The notes beneath the pieces were generated by a model. That model ran no database searches and was not told the DNA's origin. It worked only from the letters and a program-made list of their open reading frames with translations. Shown here one piece after another: positions 23,374 to 37,926 of a DNA stretch of 64,000 nucleotides. Within the stretch, counting starts at the first letter, position 1, and every line of letters begins with the position of its first letter. Location of the stretch: positions 7,895,352 through 7,959,351 of the forward strand of contig MU053934.1 of the NCBI GenBank assembly GCA_013239625.1, in the 5' to 3' direction. The stretch is from Lama guanicoe (taxonomy: Eukaryota). A program made the position numbers and the translations under genes.

Positions 23374-24984
23374 CTGGAGGGAGAGAAGCCGAGGAGGGGC
23401 GCTCAGAGGAAACCCGAGGGCCAGCCAGCTCTTGGGTCAGCACCTGCCACCCAAGAAGAGGGCTGATGGGCCACAGGGCTGGGGCGGGGGGGGGGTCCCA
23501 GAGCGCCTCGAGTCTAGGGACTCCCACCCCTCCCTTCATAAGGGCATGAGTGGTTCTGCCTGGTTCTTTGCTGTACCAGGTGAGCCAGCACATGGCCACG
23601 CTCAAGCCTCATTTTCTGAATGCACGAGCAAACCCTAGACACTAAGTAATCAGAAGGGGATGTGTCAATCAAGGAAGACTTCCTGGAGGAGGCAGTTTAG
23701 GAGTAAAGGCCCTGAAGGTAGAAAGTGTTGTGGCAGCTCTTCAATTCAAACAGAAAGAACTTCTGTCCATTAACCACAGGACCCTCCCACCAACCTGAGA
23801 TGGGGGGATCATCACCCCCATTTACAGATGAGACTCCTGGGGCCTAACTGTGCCCAAAGTCACAGCTGGTGTATCATTCCCACCTGCTGGCTGCTCCTGG
23901 GGAGGCCCATCTACCCAGCAGCTTAGGGCAGCTGCACTAAGGGTGGGGGTGGGGGACCATGCCCTTAGAAATTCGGACTGCAGGCAGTTTCCACCAAAAG
24001 AGGCCTCTCTCAGTGAGGCCTTCAGGACCTATTTTTAGTGCTCCCTTCCCCCACCCCTGTAGCCCCGACAGGCAATGACCTAGACAGACCTTCTCTGCAC
24101 ATTAACATTGTCTACATCAATTCCACAAGCTCCATCCTTGCCTCCCCTAAATCTCTCTGCTGGAAGGCCAGCCTTGTTAGGGCCCAAAGGAAGCTGCCAG
24201 GCCCTCTCTCCAGCCCCTCCAAGCCCCTCTCCTGGTTGAGCAACTCTCAACCTCACCTTCTCTAGCGTTCAGTGGAATCAACAGGCCACACCGTGCACCT
24301 GCTGGGCACCAGGGAGGCAGGGAATGGGGGACACAGGACAAGCTCGGGAAGTAGCCCCCGGCCTCACCAGGCTGGTGTGACAAAATGATCAGAGAAAAGA
24401 CCAACTGGAGATGGTAACTACCCTGACACCCTTGTAAGCAGTTCCAGACACCCTTGTACGCACCTAACCAAGGACCAAACACAGGCTCTGCCGTTAGCCA
24501 GCCCTGGATCTGCAAAGGTCCCCGCCAGGCACCAGGTGTCTCCAATCCTCTCCAGGCCCACTGCCACCCAGCTAGGTCCCACCACTCAGGTGGCACCCCT
24601 GCACACGAGCACAAGCCACACTCAGTCTCTCCATCTACTATGCTGGCTGCCATGCCTGGACCCCTACCCAACCCCGCCGTTCTCACATCCAGGGATGCAG
24701 CCCTACTCGGCCCCCAGCCTCCTCTCCCCACCCTGACACTCTGCTGCGGCCAGTCTTCCATCTCCCCAAGCTCAGTACCCTGCGGCCCCGGTCTACAGGC
24801 TGCCCTTCTGCCTGGTCAACTTGGACTTGCTCTTTGGGCCACTGCCTCAGAGGCCTTCCTGACCTCTCCGAGTCTCACCAGCTGCCCTTCCCCAACCCCG
24901 AGGGCCCTGTACCTCTTGTCCAACTGCACTCAGCACTCTGCGCACCACAGCGGAGCTGACGGGGGGCAGGGAGTGTGTCTTAGT

Positions 24985-25375
24985 TCTATATTAGTTTCCA
25001 TGGTTGCTGTAATGAATTAGCACAAACTCAGCAGCCTAGAACTACACAAAGTTATTATCCTGTAGGTCTAGAGGCCAGGAGGCCAGCACAGGTCTCACTG
25101 TGTTAAAATCAAGGTGTTGGCAAGGCTGCGTCCCCTCCTGGGCTCCCGGGAGAACCCGTTTCTCACCTTTTCCAGCCTCTGGTCACACTGCAGGACTAGC
25201 GCACCCTCCCGCCTCCCTCCTCCCCTGTCAGGACCCCTCTGCTCACACTGAGCACTCCCAGATGGCCGAGGATAATCCCCGTCTGAAGGGCAGCTGGTAA
25301 GCAACCTTACTCCTCCCTCCCGGGCTCCAGGGATCAGGGCGTGGACACCCGAGGGTTGCTTTCCTGCTGACCACA
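24985..25375 (-). mobile_element. MLT1-type MaLR solo LTR
   Basis: attagtttcc...gctgtaa...cacaaact...aaaatcaaggtgttggcaaggctg...ccttttccagcctct, characteristic of MLT1. Confidence 0.75.
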
Positions 25376-28300
25376 TTCACATCGCATTCCTAACACGGTT
25401 CCCAGCACAGAGCAGGTGCTAAATAAACACGCTCGGCCTGAAGGACGGCACGCAGCCGGCTCAGACATCCCCTCTTCTCCAGGGGACACAGGGTCAGAGT
25501 GGCGTCTGTGACCCTCCTGACCCCAGCCAACTCTCTCCTGAGCCGGGGACGCGCCCCCCAGGCTTCCCCGCTCAGAGCTCCCTTCCCAGCCGGCTTCCTC
25601 CTGCTCACCTGTGTCCACGGCCAGCAGCAGGCCTGGCTGCCCCGCGGGCCTCCTCTTGGAGCCGGGACCCCAGTGGAGCCCCCCTGCTCATCACCCAGTG
25701 GGGCCGCAGCAACACCTTCTGTCTGAAGGACTGGTAACCAAGGCAGTGGACGCAGCCCCAGCCCGTCCCCAGAGGTGGCGGCAGTGCCCACTTCCCAGAG
25801 CAGGGACCCCTCCAGCGTCACCCATGAACTCATGGTCCCTGAGACAGAGCATGCTGTTCCTTCCAAGTCACCCCAGGACTCCCCACCCAAGCTCCCCGGT
25901 GGCTGTTGTGCTGGGTGCCAGGCCAGGCAGGCACTGCAGCCGGGCCCAGAGGGTGGGGCGAGGGCGGAGGGGCCACGCAGGGGCTTCCCGTCCACATCTG
26001 GATGGACATCTGTCCCATCTTGGCAGCCTCAGCTCCGAGCCACAGTGCTCTTAGGAAGGCAGAGCCAAGGCACCAGACTCCACCTTATCTCCTGCCAGGC
26101 AGGACTGCCATCCCCATCTCACAGAGGAACGTGAAGGCCAGGACCTGGACGCAGGCCCGAGTCACAGAGCTTGTGTCCTTTCTACAGAGGCCCCCACCCT
26201 CCTGCCTGCTGAGGACTGGGATTAGGTCGCCGTCCTTGCTCAGGACCCGGTGGTCTGGCCCCTGAGAGGGGTATCCACCCACCACCCCTCTGTCCATTCA
26301 ACCAGCCTGCGCTGAGGGCTGGCCCTGGGAGTCCCTGCTCCTTCACAGGCTGCTGGGCCAAAGAAGAGGATGAGCGGAAGGGCCAGATGAGACCGGCTCG
26401 GGGCCAGAGGCTGTACAAGAGAGCCGGGCTCTGAGCCCCTAACACGGGATAGGCACCGCTCACCAGGACTCCTAACACCCGAACACACCGCAGCCTCCCA
26501 CTGCAGTGGGCAGCCTCAACCGAACACGGGACTTGTGCCCTCCCATCAAAGCCATGCCCCACATGACAGGTGACACCTGGAGCACCGCCCACACAAGGCA
26601 GAGAGAGGTTTTAAAAGCACATTCAGTTCAGATAAGGAAACAGAAGCTCGGAGTTCTGGTTCTAGTTCAAGATCCCACAGCTGGGAAGGGGAGAGCTAGA
26701 TCTGGGGTGGGAACCCAGGTCTGAGTCCCCGCTTCCTGCATGGCCTCCCCAGCACCCTGGGAGGAGAAGGGGGTAAAAGCGGAGAGTCTGGGCGGGGCCC
26801 ATCCCGGGCCACAGTGTAGACTGGGACCTCCTCCACTCCTGTAGCCACCGGACAAGATGTACAAAAGCTGGTGCAGGCAAAGTGGGGGCTGAGCCCCCAC
26901 CCCTCCATCCCCCCACGTCTGAACCCTCCGCGGGGAGATGAGCTTGCGGCAGGAAGCCAGTCTGCCTCCCCGCAAGTCCAAGGTGAGGCAGAGGAGAGCC
27001 AGGCTTTCAACCCAGATACACACAGGGCTGGCCGGGCAGGGAGTAACACAAGCCACACACTTTCCAACAGCTCGTTTTCAAGTCAGCAGATGCTACGCGA
27101 TCGTTTACAGGAGCGCTTTTGCTGACAGCAGTGAAATCACTCCTGGGCAGCCCTGCGGTGGCGGCAGTGATTCTGGCCCTGGGCCTCCCGGGCCGAGACC
27201 TACCGGAAACCACTGGCATCCAGCCTGACCCGGCACAACGCTGCAGTGGAGCCCATGAAAATTCCCACCAAAACTCTGCCCTCAGAGCCAGTCAGAACTG
27301 GGCCCCTAACCACCAGGATCCTGGAGCCGGAACCATTTGGAATTTCTATTCATTTTTATTATTTACCAAAATCACATGTGTATCCAGTTTAAAAGTCAAA
27401 GATACATACAGAAAATCTTGTTCCCCTCAACCCCAGTCATACCCAGAGCAATCTTTGCTGATTGTTCCCTTACCCTCAATTACCTTCTGTGCTTAGACTG
27501 TCATTTCACCATCAATATGTCCTGAGACTAAGGAAGGTGACGACCCAGCCAAGTTCCTGCATTGCCCAGGCACAATGTTTGGCCTAATTCAAAGTACACC
27601 ATGAAATGATTACACTTCTTTTCTTGTAGAAGATTTTGCTTTTTCTTTGCTTGCTTGCTTGGTTTTCTATGTACCTATTAATAATTATTTCTCCAATTCC
27701 ATAGCAAACCCTCTCCAGATGGCCAAATACACAGGGTGCTCTCTCAGGTCCATGTATTTCTTGGGGTCACACCCCTGCCCCCTGGCTCCCTACAACCATC
27801 TTCCCGTGATCTCCCTCGGGCGGGACGGACCATGTCCTTTGTCCACAACCCCCTCGTAGATGTCCTCTCACGCGGTGGCAGGGCCTACCCTCCAGCTGCC
27901 TCCTGAGCTTGACGGCTGTCTGAGATGAAAGCTCATCCGTTTCTGCTCACCCGGGGCTGGCAGTCTGGCTGGGTGTACAATTCCAGGCTGGAGACCACGT
28001 CCCCTCAGAACCCTGAACGCACTGCTCCCATCTTCCAGGTGCCAGTGCTGTGTGGAGAACTCTCAGGTCCAGGTTCCTCGTCCTTTGAAAGTGGCCCGTT
28101 TTTATCTCTGTAGGCTTTGAGATATTCTCCTCATCTCAGGTTTGGGATTTTCCAGTAAGGGCTTGAGCATGGTCTTCTTCTCATCCATCAGCCCGGGGTG
28201 CTGTCAGGCACGAGGGGGTCTGTAACTCAAGTCCTGGGGTTCTGGAAATCCTGGTTTCAATACTTTGCTCTCGCCCCTTCTCTGTTCTCTCTGGAACTCT

Positions 28301-29954
28301 GAGATCTTCCTATTTTCTTATCTTTTTGCACCTACTCATCACCAATTTGTAAACATTTTTGTTCTGTTCCCTGGGGTATTTCTTCTCCATGACTATCCAA
28401 ACCTCACAAGTGAGTTTTAAAAATTTCAACTACCACCTCTTTAATCCCCAAGAGTTCTTTCATGATCCTTCCTTGATCCTTCCTGGTGCACCTGCTTTCT
28501 TTAGTGAACACACATCTGCCTTAACTCTCTGAGGGCTCACAGAGGGCTAGGGGTGTAGGTGTTCTGTTTTTTTAGGTTTTCTTCTGCTCTGCACATTGTC
28601 CTTGATTCCTCTGAACTCTTTTTGCTGCTTGTTTTGTTTTGTTTTTGCAGGTCTCTGTCCTTTGTGTTGGAGACATTAGGATCTGGAGACCCTGACTCCA
28701 TTCACAGGTTAAAATGAGCCACTGGCCGCAGCTGTCTGTGAGTGAGCAAGGCTTGCTGACTGCAGGGATCCATGTGTCTGGGAACGCAGCCCCGGCCTGG
28801 GTGCTCTCACAGCTGAGATGGGAGATGCCCACAGACAAATATTTATAAGTCTTTTCTTTGGGGTCAATTTCTCCAGAGAAGATACCTCCCCTCTCTGCCC
28901 TGGGGGACCACAGGCACTCCAGGATACAAGGAGGGGAGGGGGCTGGAACCTTCCCTGCAGGTGCATCATTGTCACATGACCTCCACATCCAACTCAGCAC
29001 CATATCCCAGCCTCCAGCTGTGCCTGACACCCCCAAATCCACAGCCTCTCTGGATCAGCTTCCCCCAAAGACACCTGTCTTTGCAATAGCCTCCTGCCCT
29101 CCCTGTATCATGGCTGCCACCCCAAGGTGCTAGGTGCACAATTCCTGCAGCTCTACAGTAAGCTGTCGCCCTCCCCGTCTGCTGTCATCAGGGTCTCTAC
29201 CTGCAAAGTCGGTTAACGCTCAGCCACCACATCTGAGCTTCCAAACTCTGCAGTCACCGCCCCTCCTTTCTACCTGATTGTTAGGCAGTGAGGTTTTAAG
29301 AGGAAGCAGAGAGCAGCACTGGCCCCACGGGCATTCTGCAGTTGCCAGACATCAAGAAGCCCCAGCCAGGATCTGTCCAGCTCCCTCGAAAAAAGCAACA
29401 GCTGAGCATCTGAAGCTGCAGCCAGCAGGGCTGGACACACGACCCAGGGCTGGGCTCCTGCAGGCTTCTCAGCAGGGGTGGGGCTCGCTCTCCCAACAGA
29501 TGCTGAGGCCTCCTGAACACTCCTCCTCAGGAAGGAAAGAGCAAAGGTGAGGCACCCTCCTCCGCACCTGCCCCCATCCTGGGAATGTTCACATACACCG
29601 TCTCAGCTCTCAAGGCAGTCCTGACACGCGTGAGGACGCGGAGACCGAGGACGACTGCCCGTTCCCAGGCCCAAGCTGCACGTGGACGGGAACCAGGACG
29701 AGAGGCCCATGCTGCTCACACAAGATGCCCTGTGGCCCCAACGGCAGCCGAGGACAGCGCGGCGTCCAGGCACCGTTCCAGGGACTCATGCAGCCGCGGC
29801 CTCATCTGAGCCACACAAGCCCCTCGGCGGCTTCCGACGTCACGCTTCACACACAGGCGGACTCAGCGCTGAGCTGCCTGGGGCCACAGACACGGGTGGG
29901 CCATGAACCCAGGACCGAAAACTGTCAGACTCCAGAACTAGAGTGCTTCAACAT

Positions 29955-30005
29955 ACACACACACACACACACACCACACACTCACACGCACATAAACACA
30001 CCACA
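29955..30005. repeat. (CA)n microsatellite, partly interrupted
   Basis: acacacacacacacacacaccacacactcacacgcac. Confidence 0.85.
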
Positions 30006-31004
30006 CCCGTCAGAGAGCTGAAGCTGCAGGGCAGATGGCAGGCTGGAACCCCAGGAAGACGCGTCCAGGAGGAAGAGAAGCCAGGTGCTATGCTCAGGTA
30101 GAATTTCCACAAAGTTACAAAGGCTAACTGCGGGCTTACAGAGCAAGAGACCCAAGGAGAGAGCTGGCACCAAACAGACTCTTCTCTGCAGACTCACCAG
30201 GTGCTCATGAGAGAGACTGGGGAGACAGGGTAGAGACAGTGTTCCTCAGCATCACGGCTGCAGGAAAGGAAAAGACTCTGCCAGGACCCTTCTCTGTGGG
30301 AAGAATGCTGCAAGCCACTGAGGGAGGGGAAGCAAAACCTGTCCCCCTCCCACCCAGGGCACTGGTGAGGACCCCACATGGCTAGAGACGGGGAGAAAGA
30401 AAAGAACTGCCTTCTGGGCGGGGCAGGAGCCCATCTCTGGACTCTGAGACCCCCCAGGTGCCAAAGAGGGATGTGAAACCCTTTCCTGCACAAGACCCAC
30501 CAGCAAGGCAGAGCTGGCTGCCACTAAGGGGGATCACCGAGAAAGCCCACCAAGACCCAGGAAGCCAGAGCCTGCCTGCGACTGCAGCTGGACCAGATGA
30601 CAGAGGACCTCCCAGTCAAAACCCTCCTCCCTCAGCTAGTAAAGCGGAGCAACAAGTAACGGCAGCCCACCGCTGAGGGGAGGGGCAAGGCGGGGGGGAG
30701 AAACCTTTCTAAGACTCAGACCGAAAGCTGAAGGTACGGCAGGAACACTGAGGAAAGAACCTCTGGAAGCTCAACCCCCATGCTCAGCACAAGGTGACGC
30801 TACAGGAATTAAAACCCGCAGTCACGCAAGTGGCCAGAGTGACAGAACCCCAGTGCAGCCCAACTCCTACCAGACCGACTTGCCACCTACACTAATGGCC
30901 TGGCAGGAAAAGACAGGCCCATTTCCAAGCATAAATACAAGTGACTGCAGGCGCTACTGCTGGCACACTAAGTCCGCATTCAATCCAAAAGTACTGCTCA
31001 TTAA

Positions 31005-31145
31005 GGGGGAGGCTATCGCTCGAGCCCTAGAGCACATGCTTAGCAAGCGCAGGGTCCTGGGTTCAGTCGCCAGTGCCTTCTCTAAAAATAAATAAATAAA
31101 TAAACCGAATTACCTGCCCCCCTCAAAAAAATTTTAAATAAATAA
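31005..31145 (+). mobile_element. tRNA-Ala-derived SINE (camelid vic-1 type)
   Basis: gggggaggctatcgctcgag...atgcttagc...gtcctgggttcagtcgccag then taaaaataaataaataaataaacc.aattacc; same layout as the copy at 41797. Confidence 0.8.
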
Positions 31146-31149
31146 GCAC

Positions 31150-31790
31150 TACTTATTTTTAAAAACGCAAGGAAAAGAAATTATTCCACTGTCAAGAGAC
31201 AAAACACTCAACAGAACCAGACTCAAAAGAATTTAAATTAATCTGGTTAAAATGTTAGAGGATTTCATGGAGAAGGTGGACCAGGTACATGAACAGATGG
31301 GTATTTCAGCAGAGATATGGAAACTACAATGGAAATGCCATAGGAAAAATAAAAACACAGCAACAGAAGTAGAGAATGCTTCCAATGGGCTCACCAGTAG
31401 ACCTGACACAGTAGAAGGAAGAACAAGCCTGAAGATAAGTCAACAGAAATGACCCAAGCTGAAACACAAAGAGAAGGAGCTGTGGGACAGCACTGAAGAG
31501 TCCATCACGTACATAAGTGGAATCTCAAAAGAAGAGAGAACTGGACTAAAGAAATATTTGCATTGATAAATCCCTCTCCCCGAAAAAAAAAATATACCTA
31601 GACACATAACATTCCAAGTGCAGAAAAATTAGAGACAAAGAGAAAATCTTGAAGGCAACCAGAGGGAAAAACAGATTCGTTCCAAAAGGAACAACAAATC
31701 ACAACTGACTTTTCACCAGAAGCTATGCAAGCCAGGAGACAACGAAGTGGCATCACTCAAGTGCTGAAAGATAGGAGGGAGACACAGGAA
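31150..31790 (+). mobile_element. Old L1 ORF1-region fragments
   Basis: gaatgcttccaatgggctcaccagtagacctgacacag...gagaaaatcttgaaggcaaccagag, L1 ORF1-like and decayed. Confidence 0.65.
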
Positions 31791-33786
31791 GGATGGTCAG
31801 TCCCACAGTGAACAGATGAGAGTTTTGAAATGGGACATCCTCGTCAGGTAATTAGAAGGAAGGAAAAGGAGAGGGGGGGAAGGGAGGGGAAGAGCACAGC
31901 AGACGGAAGGAGCAGAAGACTGGAGGGAAGAAAGAACCAGGCGTGCTCAGACGGTCCCATGTGGCTGGCGAGTAAGGGCGCAGAACAGGTGAAATGAGAC
32001 CACAATAGAAGGACAGGCTACAGAGTTCACCACTGCCTGAAGGCAACAGGGCATCAGTGAAGAGGTCTAATGAGAGAGTGCCCACGGTCAGATCTGTGTT
32101 TCTAAGCGGTCACTTCTGCTGCAGAATGGAAAGTGAACCAAGGGAGAAGGCCACGCAATACTCCAGGTGAGAGAGGAAGAACCCCAAGACAATAGCAGGG
32201 GCTGAGAGGCATAGACAGATCTGAGAGCTTCCTGGGTGCAGGATCCACAGAAGCAAGTAACAGAGTGCATATGGGAGGGAAATGGAGAGAGGTCATCTCT
32301 GTCTAAGAGGAATGAGAAATGAGGAGCCCAGGATGAGACCCTGGAGCTCAGACAGGGGACTCGGGGTCTCTTCCTGTTCCACTGGCGTCAGAAAGATGCT
32401 CCCTTCAGATGCCCCTGCTCCTTTCTTTCTCCAGAACCCTGTGGAGTCTTCCCCAGGCTTTCTCTTCCAAGCCCCACCAAGCAACATTCCCGAGGCCCAC
32501 CCAGGCACTTGGGTTTGCCCCCCTCTCCCCTAATTCCAAGCCTTCTTGATTATGTGCAAACAGCTGGAATAAGAGCGAAGGGAAGGAAGAGAGAGGAGGA
32601 GAGAAAGGGAAACGGGGCCTTCCACTACACTTTTGGGCCTCTGCATGCTCTCCTGGAAGGCGAGCAACTAAGCACTGGGTTGGGGTGCACCATCACCCTG
32701 TGTGGTGGAGCTGGAAGAGGGGACATTCACACTGATCTTGGAACAAATGTGAGCTCAGGGAGGGTGACAAGTCCCTCCCTGGACATCGTGTAGTCTACTT
32801 CCTGACCCGCATTGAGGCCACGAGCAGCCTCCTCCCCGCCTGTGGGAAAGTGAAATGTGATGACCAGATGTGAAAACTTGGGGAGCGTCCGGCCCAGAGC
32901 AGGTGCTGGGCAGATGCCAGTTCCCATCCCTGCTGTCCCTCTTCCAGCTCCTCCTGTCGCTGGTTCATCTCCACCACGTGCATGTGAGAACCAAACACTC
33001 AAATGCTGATACCGCCCTTTCCCCTCACTGGGCCTGTTTCTATCCAAAAAAGGAAACAATCACGAGAACACGTGACTGTTCTGACACTCAAACAAGGTAG
33101 AGAGTGGGACAGGAGCTGCAATCGGTGATCCCACTCAGCCCACCTCCTCCATGCAGACCTCCAGTGACCCTCCTCTTCTGAGCCCTCCTTCCAGCAGCCC
33201 CTGACCTAACACTGAGAATGACCACCCTGGCCTGTCGGTCAGCTTTCAGCATGAGGAGCCTGGCTTCCCAGTGTCACTGCAGGTTCCTAGAGGACAGCAC
33301 TGCCTCATTCACAATGCTCCCCAAGCCCCCTCTCCTCAGTAGGGAGACACACCCCCACGTTATTCTAAAATTTAAGACTTAAATGAACCATCAGGTCCAA
33401 GCCTCTCGCCTGTCATAAGCAAACTGAAGTCACGTGGTGACAGGGCTAGAACTGGAGCCAGACACTCTCTCCCCCACAGTCATTTCACTGCTTCCCTCCT
33501 AGTCAGTGACAAGACAATGAGGATGCACCTCAAGACTGGTGGGAACCAAAAGGAAAATAAAATCAGGAGGTGGGCACTCTGGCCAAGGCAAGGAGCATAT
33601 TCCAGAGCCAGGCTCTGGGACCTCGGGGACAGCTACAAGACATCTCCCCAGACACAATGAGACTTAAGCTACAAAAATCCTGGGACCAAAGAGGCTTTAA
33701 GAATGAATGACAATCAACAAGCAATCATGAGAAGGGCCCTCCTCAGAAGGCACAGCGGCTCCCACTGCTGGGACCACGGTCTGAAC

Positions 33787-33991
33787 TGGCACTGTCCCAT
33801 AGAATTTGGGGCAATGATGGAAGTGTGTCACGTGTGCTGTCCAATACAACAGCCACCAGCCACATGCAGCTCTGAGCACTTGAAATACGGCAAGTGCTAC
33901 CGAGGAACTGAACATCTAAGTTTATCTCATTTCAGTTCATTAGCCTTCAACATCCACCTGTGGCTAGAGGCTACTGTCCTGGACAGCGTAG
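33787..33991. mobile_element. MER3-like hAT MITE
   Basis: gcactgtcccataga...gctgtccaatac...agccaccagccacatg...gagcacttgaaat...gtggctagaggctac...ggacagc with inverted ends. Confidence 0.75.
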
Positions 33992-36989
33992 TGTTAGCCT
34001 GTCATCTGAGCTCACATATCAGAAACACACACACAAAAGCAGGATTTAGTTATTACTGCCTTTAACACCAGATATCCCCCAGCCCTGTGAACCCCTGTCC
34101 CCACCAGAGATGGCAGGCGTGGACAAGGGACCCTGTAGGCCTTTCTCGCTCAGGCCACCTGCAAGTTTCCAATGATCTCCTAGACTTGGGCACCGGAAAC
34201 CCAAGGGGCCTTGTGGTTTCTTCAGGGGAAGGGACCTCTGCTGGTCCTCTACTTGCCCCGGTCCCAGCAACAACCACCCTGTAGCTGCCTGTCCCCCAGC
34301 AGACTGATCGCTCACCGAGAACAGGCACCAGATGGGACTTCTCTCTGCACCTCCAGCACCTAGGAGAGCATCTGGGCACCACAGGTGCTTGGGGAGCGAA
34401 AGCCAGCATCAATACACGGCCCTTTCTGGTGCTCACCCTGCACCTGGTACAGGCGGAGCCCTAGCCCAGCATCTCACTCATCCTCACAGCGGCCCATCAA
34501 GGCGGTGAGGTGGTCTCTCCCACCCCTCTGGGAACCACAGCACAAAGGGATGATGTCATCTGCTCAGGGCCATCTAGTAGGTAAGCATCATAGTTCAAAT
34601 CCAGGACTTCCAGCTCCAAAGCCAGGCTCTTAATCTCTAATCACCAGTACCTCCTACAGACCACTCCTGGCAGGGAGAGGAAGCAGGGGGAAAAGGAAAC
34701 ACGAACTGGGCCACCTGAAGTCCATGTGCAGGACTCAGAGCAGTGACAGAAACCATAAAAATCCCACAGTGGTCTGAGACTTCCATCAAAAGTACACAAG
34801 AGAAGGTGGGATCCTCCCTCCTCCTTGGGGCCTGAATCCAGCTACCCTGCACTGGAGGGGGAGAGGCTGGCTGTGGACTGGGGACCTGATTAGACCTAAC
34901 TGTCTCTCGGCAGCTGCATGTCTCTGAGCAAGTTCCTGCCTTCTCTGAGCCTCCAGGTTAACGTGGCAGAGCATCTGGCACATGGGACTCAGCAAGGGGC
35001 CGCTTCACCACTCCCAGGGCATCCTAGGTCCCATCGCAAACTGCGACTCGCCTGAGTTCAAAGGAACAGCCCCTCAAAGGATCCCAGCACCAGGGCGGCA
35101 ACGATGCAGTTTATGCTGTGGATTTCACAGCAGGGAAAAGGGGGCTTGGAATCACCTCAGGGCTATGACTTGCCGGAAGCCAGATCCTGCCCCCGAGGCT
35201 GCTCGTCCTGCTACCCCAGCTGCCACTAGAGATGACTTCCAGGACCCTTGTCCTCCGGTTGAGAAAGAACCTTTAGTGCCTATTTTTGGGACCAATCTTC
35301 AGTTCCCTGATTGACCGTTCATGTAATGAACTTTACAGGCTGTGGCAGGAGGGCGGGGTGGAAGCCTTTGGAAGCACTGGTTTACGACAGTGCAGGTCAT
35401 CTGTCCTGAGAAAACTTCTCATTTATCCTGTCACCATCCCATGGAGTGGAGGAGAGGAATGGACCGGGCCAAGGTTGAGAACCGGGAGGAAAGCAAACAA
35501 GGAACAGAGTAAACTGGCCTCCACAAAACCCCCAATTCTGCTTCCCCTTCACTCCCGAGCTCGCGTCTGCTAAGACGAGCCTCCCACCAGCCACGCGGGC
35601 TTGGGCAAGTGGCTTAACCTCCAACGCCTCCCTGTCCCATCTGTGAAATGGGAGACCAACTGGGACCAGAGAGCCCCGAGGGGAGTCTGCTGTGACTCTG
35701 TGAGCTACAAAGAGAGAGCACGGCAGGTAGTCAGCTGTGAAGTGACCAATGTCACTTGCTCCCGCTTACACGCAGTTCTAACAAGGCAGTCCAGGTCGCC
35801 CAGCCCTCAGGTCAAAGGTCAAAGGAGCAGCCAGGGCCGGATGGGGAAACACCCAGAGCCTGCAAAGGCCACAGGGCTGTGGGAATTTTTCTTTTTTTTT
35901 AAGTTTTACAAAGGGAGCTCTCTAGGGCTCTGTACAAGGGACCCCACATAAGGATCTCCAGCCACTGCTGTGTTCTCTGTCACCAGGGGAAAGAGCCACA
36001 TGTTTATTGTCCTTGTGAAAAAGTCTAGGGTATACTTTTGATTGTCTTTGAAAGATGTAAGTTACAAAAAAGATGTGAGTTTGGGTTATCTAGAAAACCT
36101 CCTTAAACTAATGCCTCATTCCCCACCAAGGTGCCAAGAAAGGTCCCCAAAGAACCCTACCAGGCCCTCAACACAGGGCCCTTCTAAAGCATCCCCCACA
36201 AGCCCCAAGTACACGCTTTTCAAGTAAGCGCTAATCCTGTGCCTCCCCCACCCTTCCAGCTACTTAGCTTCTTACCCTTGGTCTCCTCGCTGCAAAATGG
36301 AGGGTGTAACACAGAACCACAATTGCTCATCTGCAATTCCAGAATCCTAAAGAGCTCCCCAAACCAAGTTTTCACAATTCATAGGGAGGCAAACCCTGTC
36401 CTAAACTGACATGAGGCTATTTTTAGTCTTTATTGATCTCACTTAATGTGAGGGTCCAAAGTACAGCCCCCACCCCTGACACCCAGCTGGGGTCTTACAT
36501 GTCTGAATGATATCTGTGGCTATAAAATCTGAACAAATCTGAATCCCCACACCCTCAGGACCCCATGATTGGGATGAGGGGCTGTGAGGCTGCAGTGGAA
36601 GGAACGTCCAGGGCGCACTTCCATCCTTTCCCTCTTCCCAAGGACAGCTCAGCAGCACCTCCATTCTTTTCCCCACCGCTCCACTCACAGCCCCCTGACC
36701 AGAGGACTGCGCCTATTGCCCCTGGGTGTTGGGGCCCCACACAGCAAGGACTGCCAAGTGTACAGGACTTCCAGCAACCCACACCCCTGCTCGTCCAGCA
36801 CAACCTCAAGGCTGCCACCCTCCACACCAGGTGACAGACGCACTGCACTGTCTGGTTTCAGGCATCTCCCTCCCTCTCCAACAAACTGGTAACAAGGGAA
36901 ACCTGCAGGTATGTTCGAAGAACAGAAAAGCTGCCTCTTTTCCTTACAAACCTCAGAAGAGACACTACAGGATAATCTCTTATATCAGG

Positions 36990-37165
36990 TCCTGGACACA
37001 CATGGGCCTGGCTTTAAATCTCGCCTCTGCCACTCATCAGCTGTGTGACCTTGGGCAAGCCACTTCCCCTCTCTGGGCCTTAGTACCTAGATTGTAAAGT
37101 GAGGATGACCATCTCCACCTCACCCGGTTGTCATGAAAATGACGTCAGTTAATGCTAGGAAATGT
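36990..37165 (+). mobile_element. MIR SINE fragment
   Basis: ctctgccactcatcagctgtgtgaccttgggcaagccacttcccctctctgggcct. Confidence 0.65.
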
Positions 37166-37751
37166 GAATGCCCCGGGGTCCTGACTGACCTGGGTGATGG
37201 AGGCGGCCCTGAAACAAGAGAACACAGCAGGCACGCACTCCGGGCATGGTCAATCCCATCCCCCACCTGGGGCCCATGCAGGGAATGAGGGACGCACACA
37301 GCCTTGACGACCGTTTTATCCCCTTCCCAGATCATCACCAGGACTTCGCATTCATCAAAGGCTGAACCGGGCCCAGGAACAGAGAGGTTAAGTGACTGTC
37401 CAAGGTCACACAGCCAGCCGGGCAATGGGAGGGGATGCAGGGAGGGGTGCCTGGCCTGGGCCTACTCTACTGGCAGCTCCAGCCAAAGAGGCCCCACGGG
37501 AAGCTGTCCAGCCATGGACGCCGGGCCCACCTCCGAAGGTCTCTGGTCTTGGTTTCCCCAAATGCAGGCCGACCACCCTCCATCCCGCCCTGTCGGGTTC
37601 CGGGCGCGGGATGGGCGGTGGGCAGGGCGGCGAGGGCGACCACCGCGCCCCCGCCCTCCCGCCGCCCCTGGCAGGAAGCCCCCGGCGCGGGCGCGGCGTC
37701 TGGGCGGGCGCGCCGCAGAGCCGGGCCGGGCGGGGTCCGCGCGGGGCTCAC

Positions 37752-37920
37752 CGGACTTGGGGTAGGTGACGATCCACACATCGCTCGGCCGCACCGGGAA
37801 GTTGGCGATCTCCTCCATCTTCCCGCGGCAGAAGGGCGGCAGCCGCACGCCGTGGAACTCGAAGTACTTGCTCTCGAACTCGCCCGGCGTGCTGGGGGTC
37901 TCGGCCTCGCTCTCCGCCAT
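37752..37920 (-). CDS. SULT4A1: SULT4A1 exon 1 coding part (MAESEAETPSTPGEFESKYFEFHGVRLPPFCRGKMEEIANFPVRPSDVWIVTYPKS)
   Basis: ggcggcATGG Kozak context; TYPKSG PAPS-binding loop; donor TCC G|gtgagc; 169 nt. The seven exons sum to 855 nt (284 aa + stop). Confidence 0.98.
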
Positions 37921-37926
37921 GCCGCC

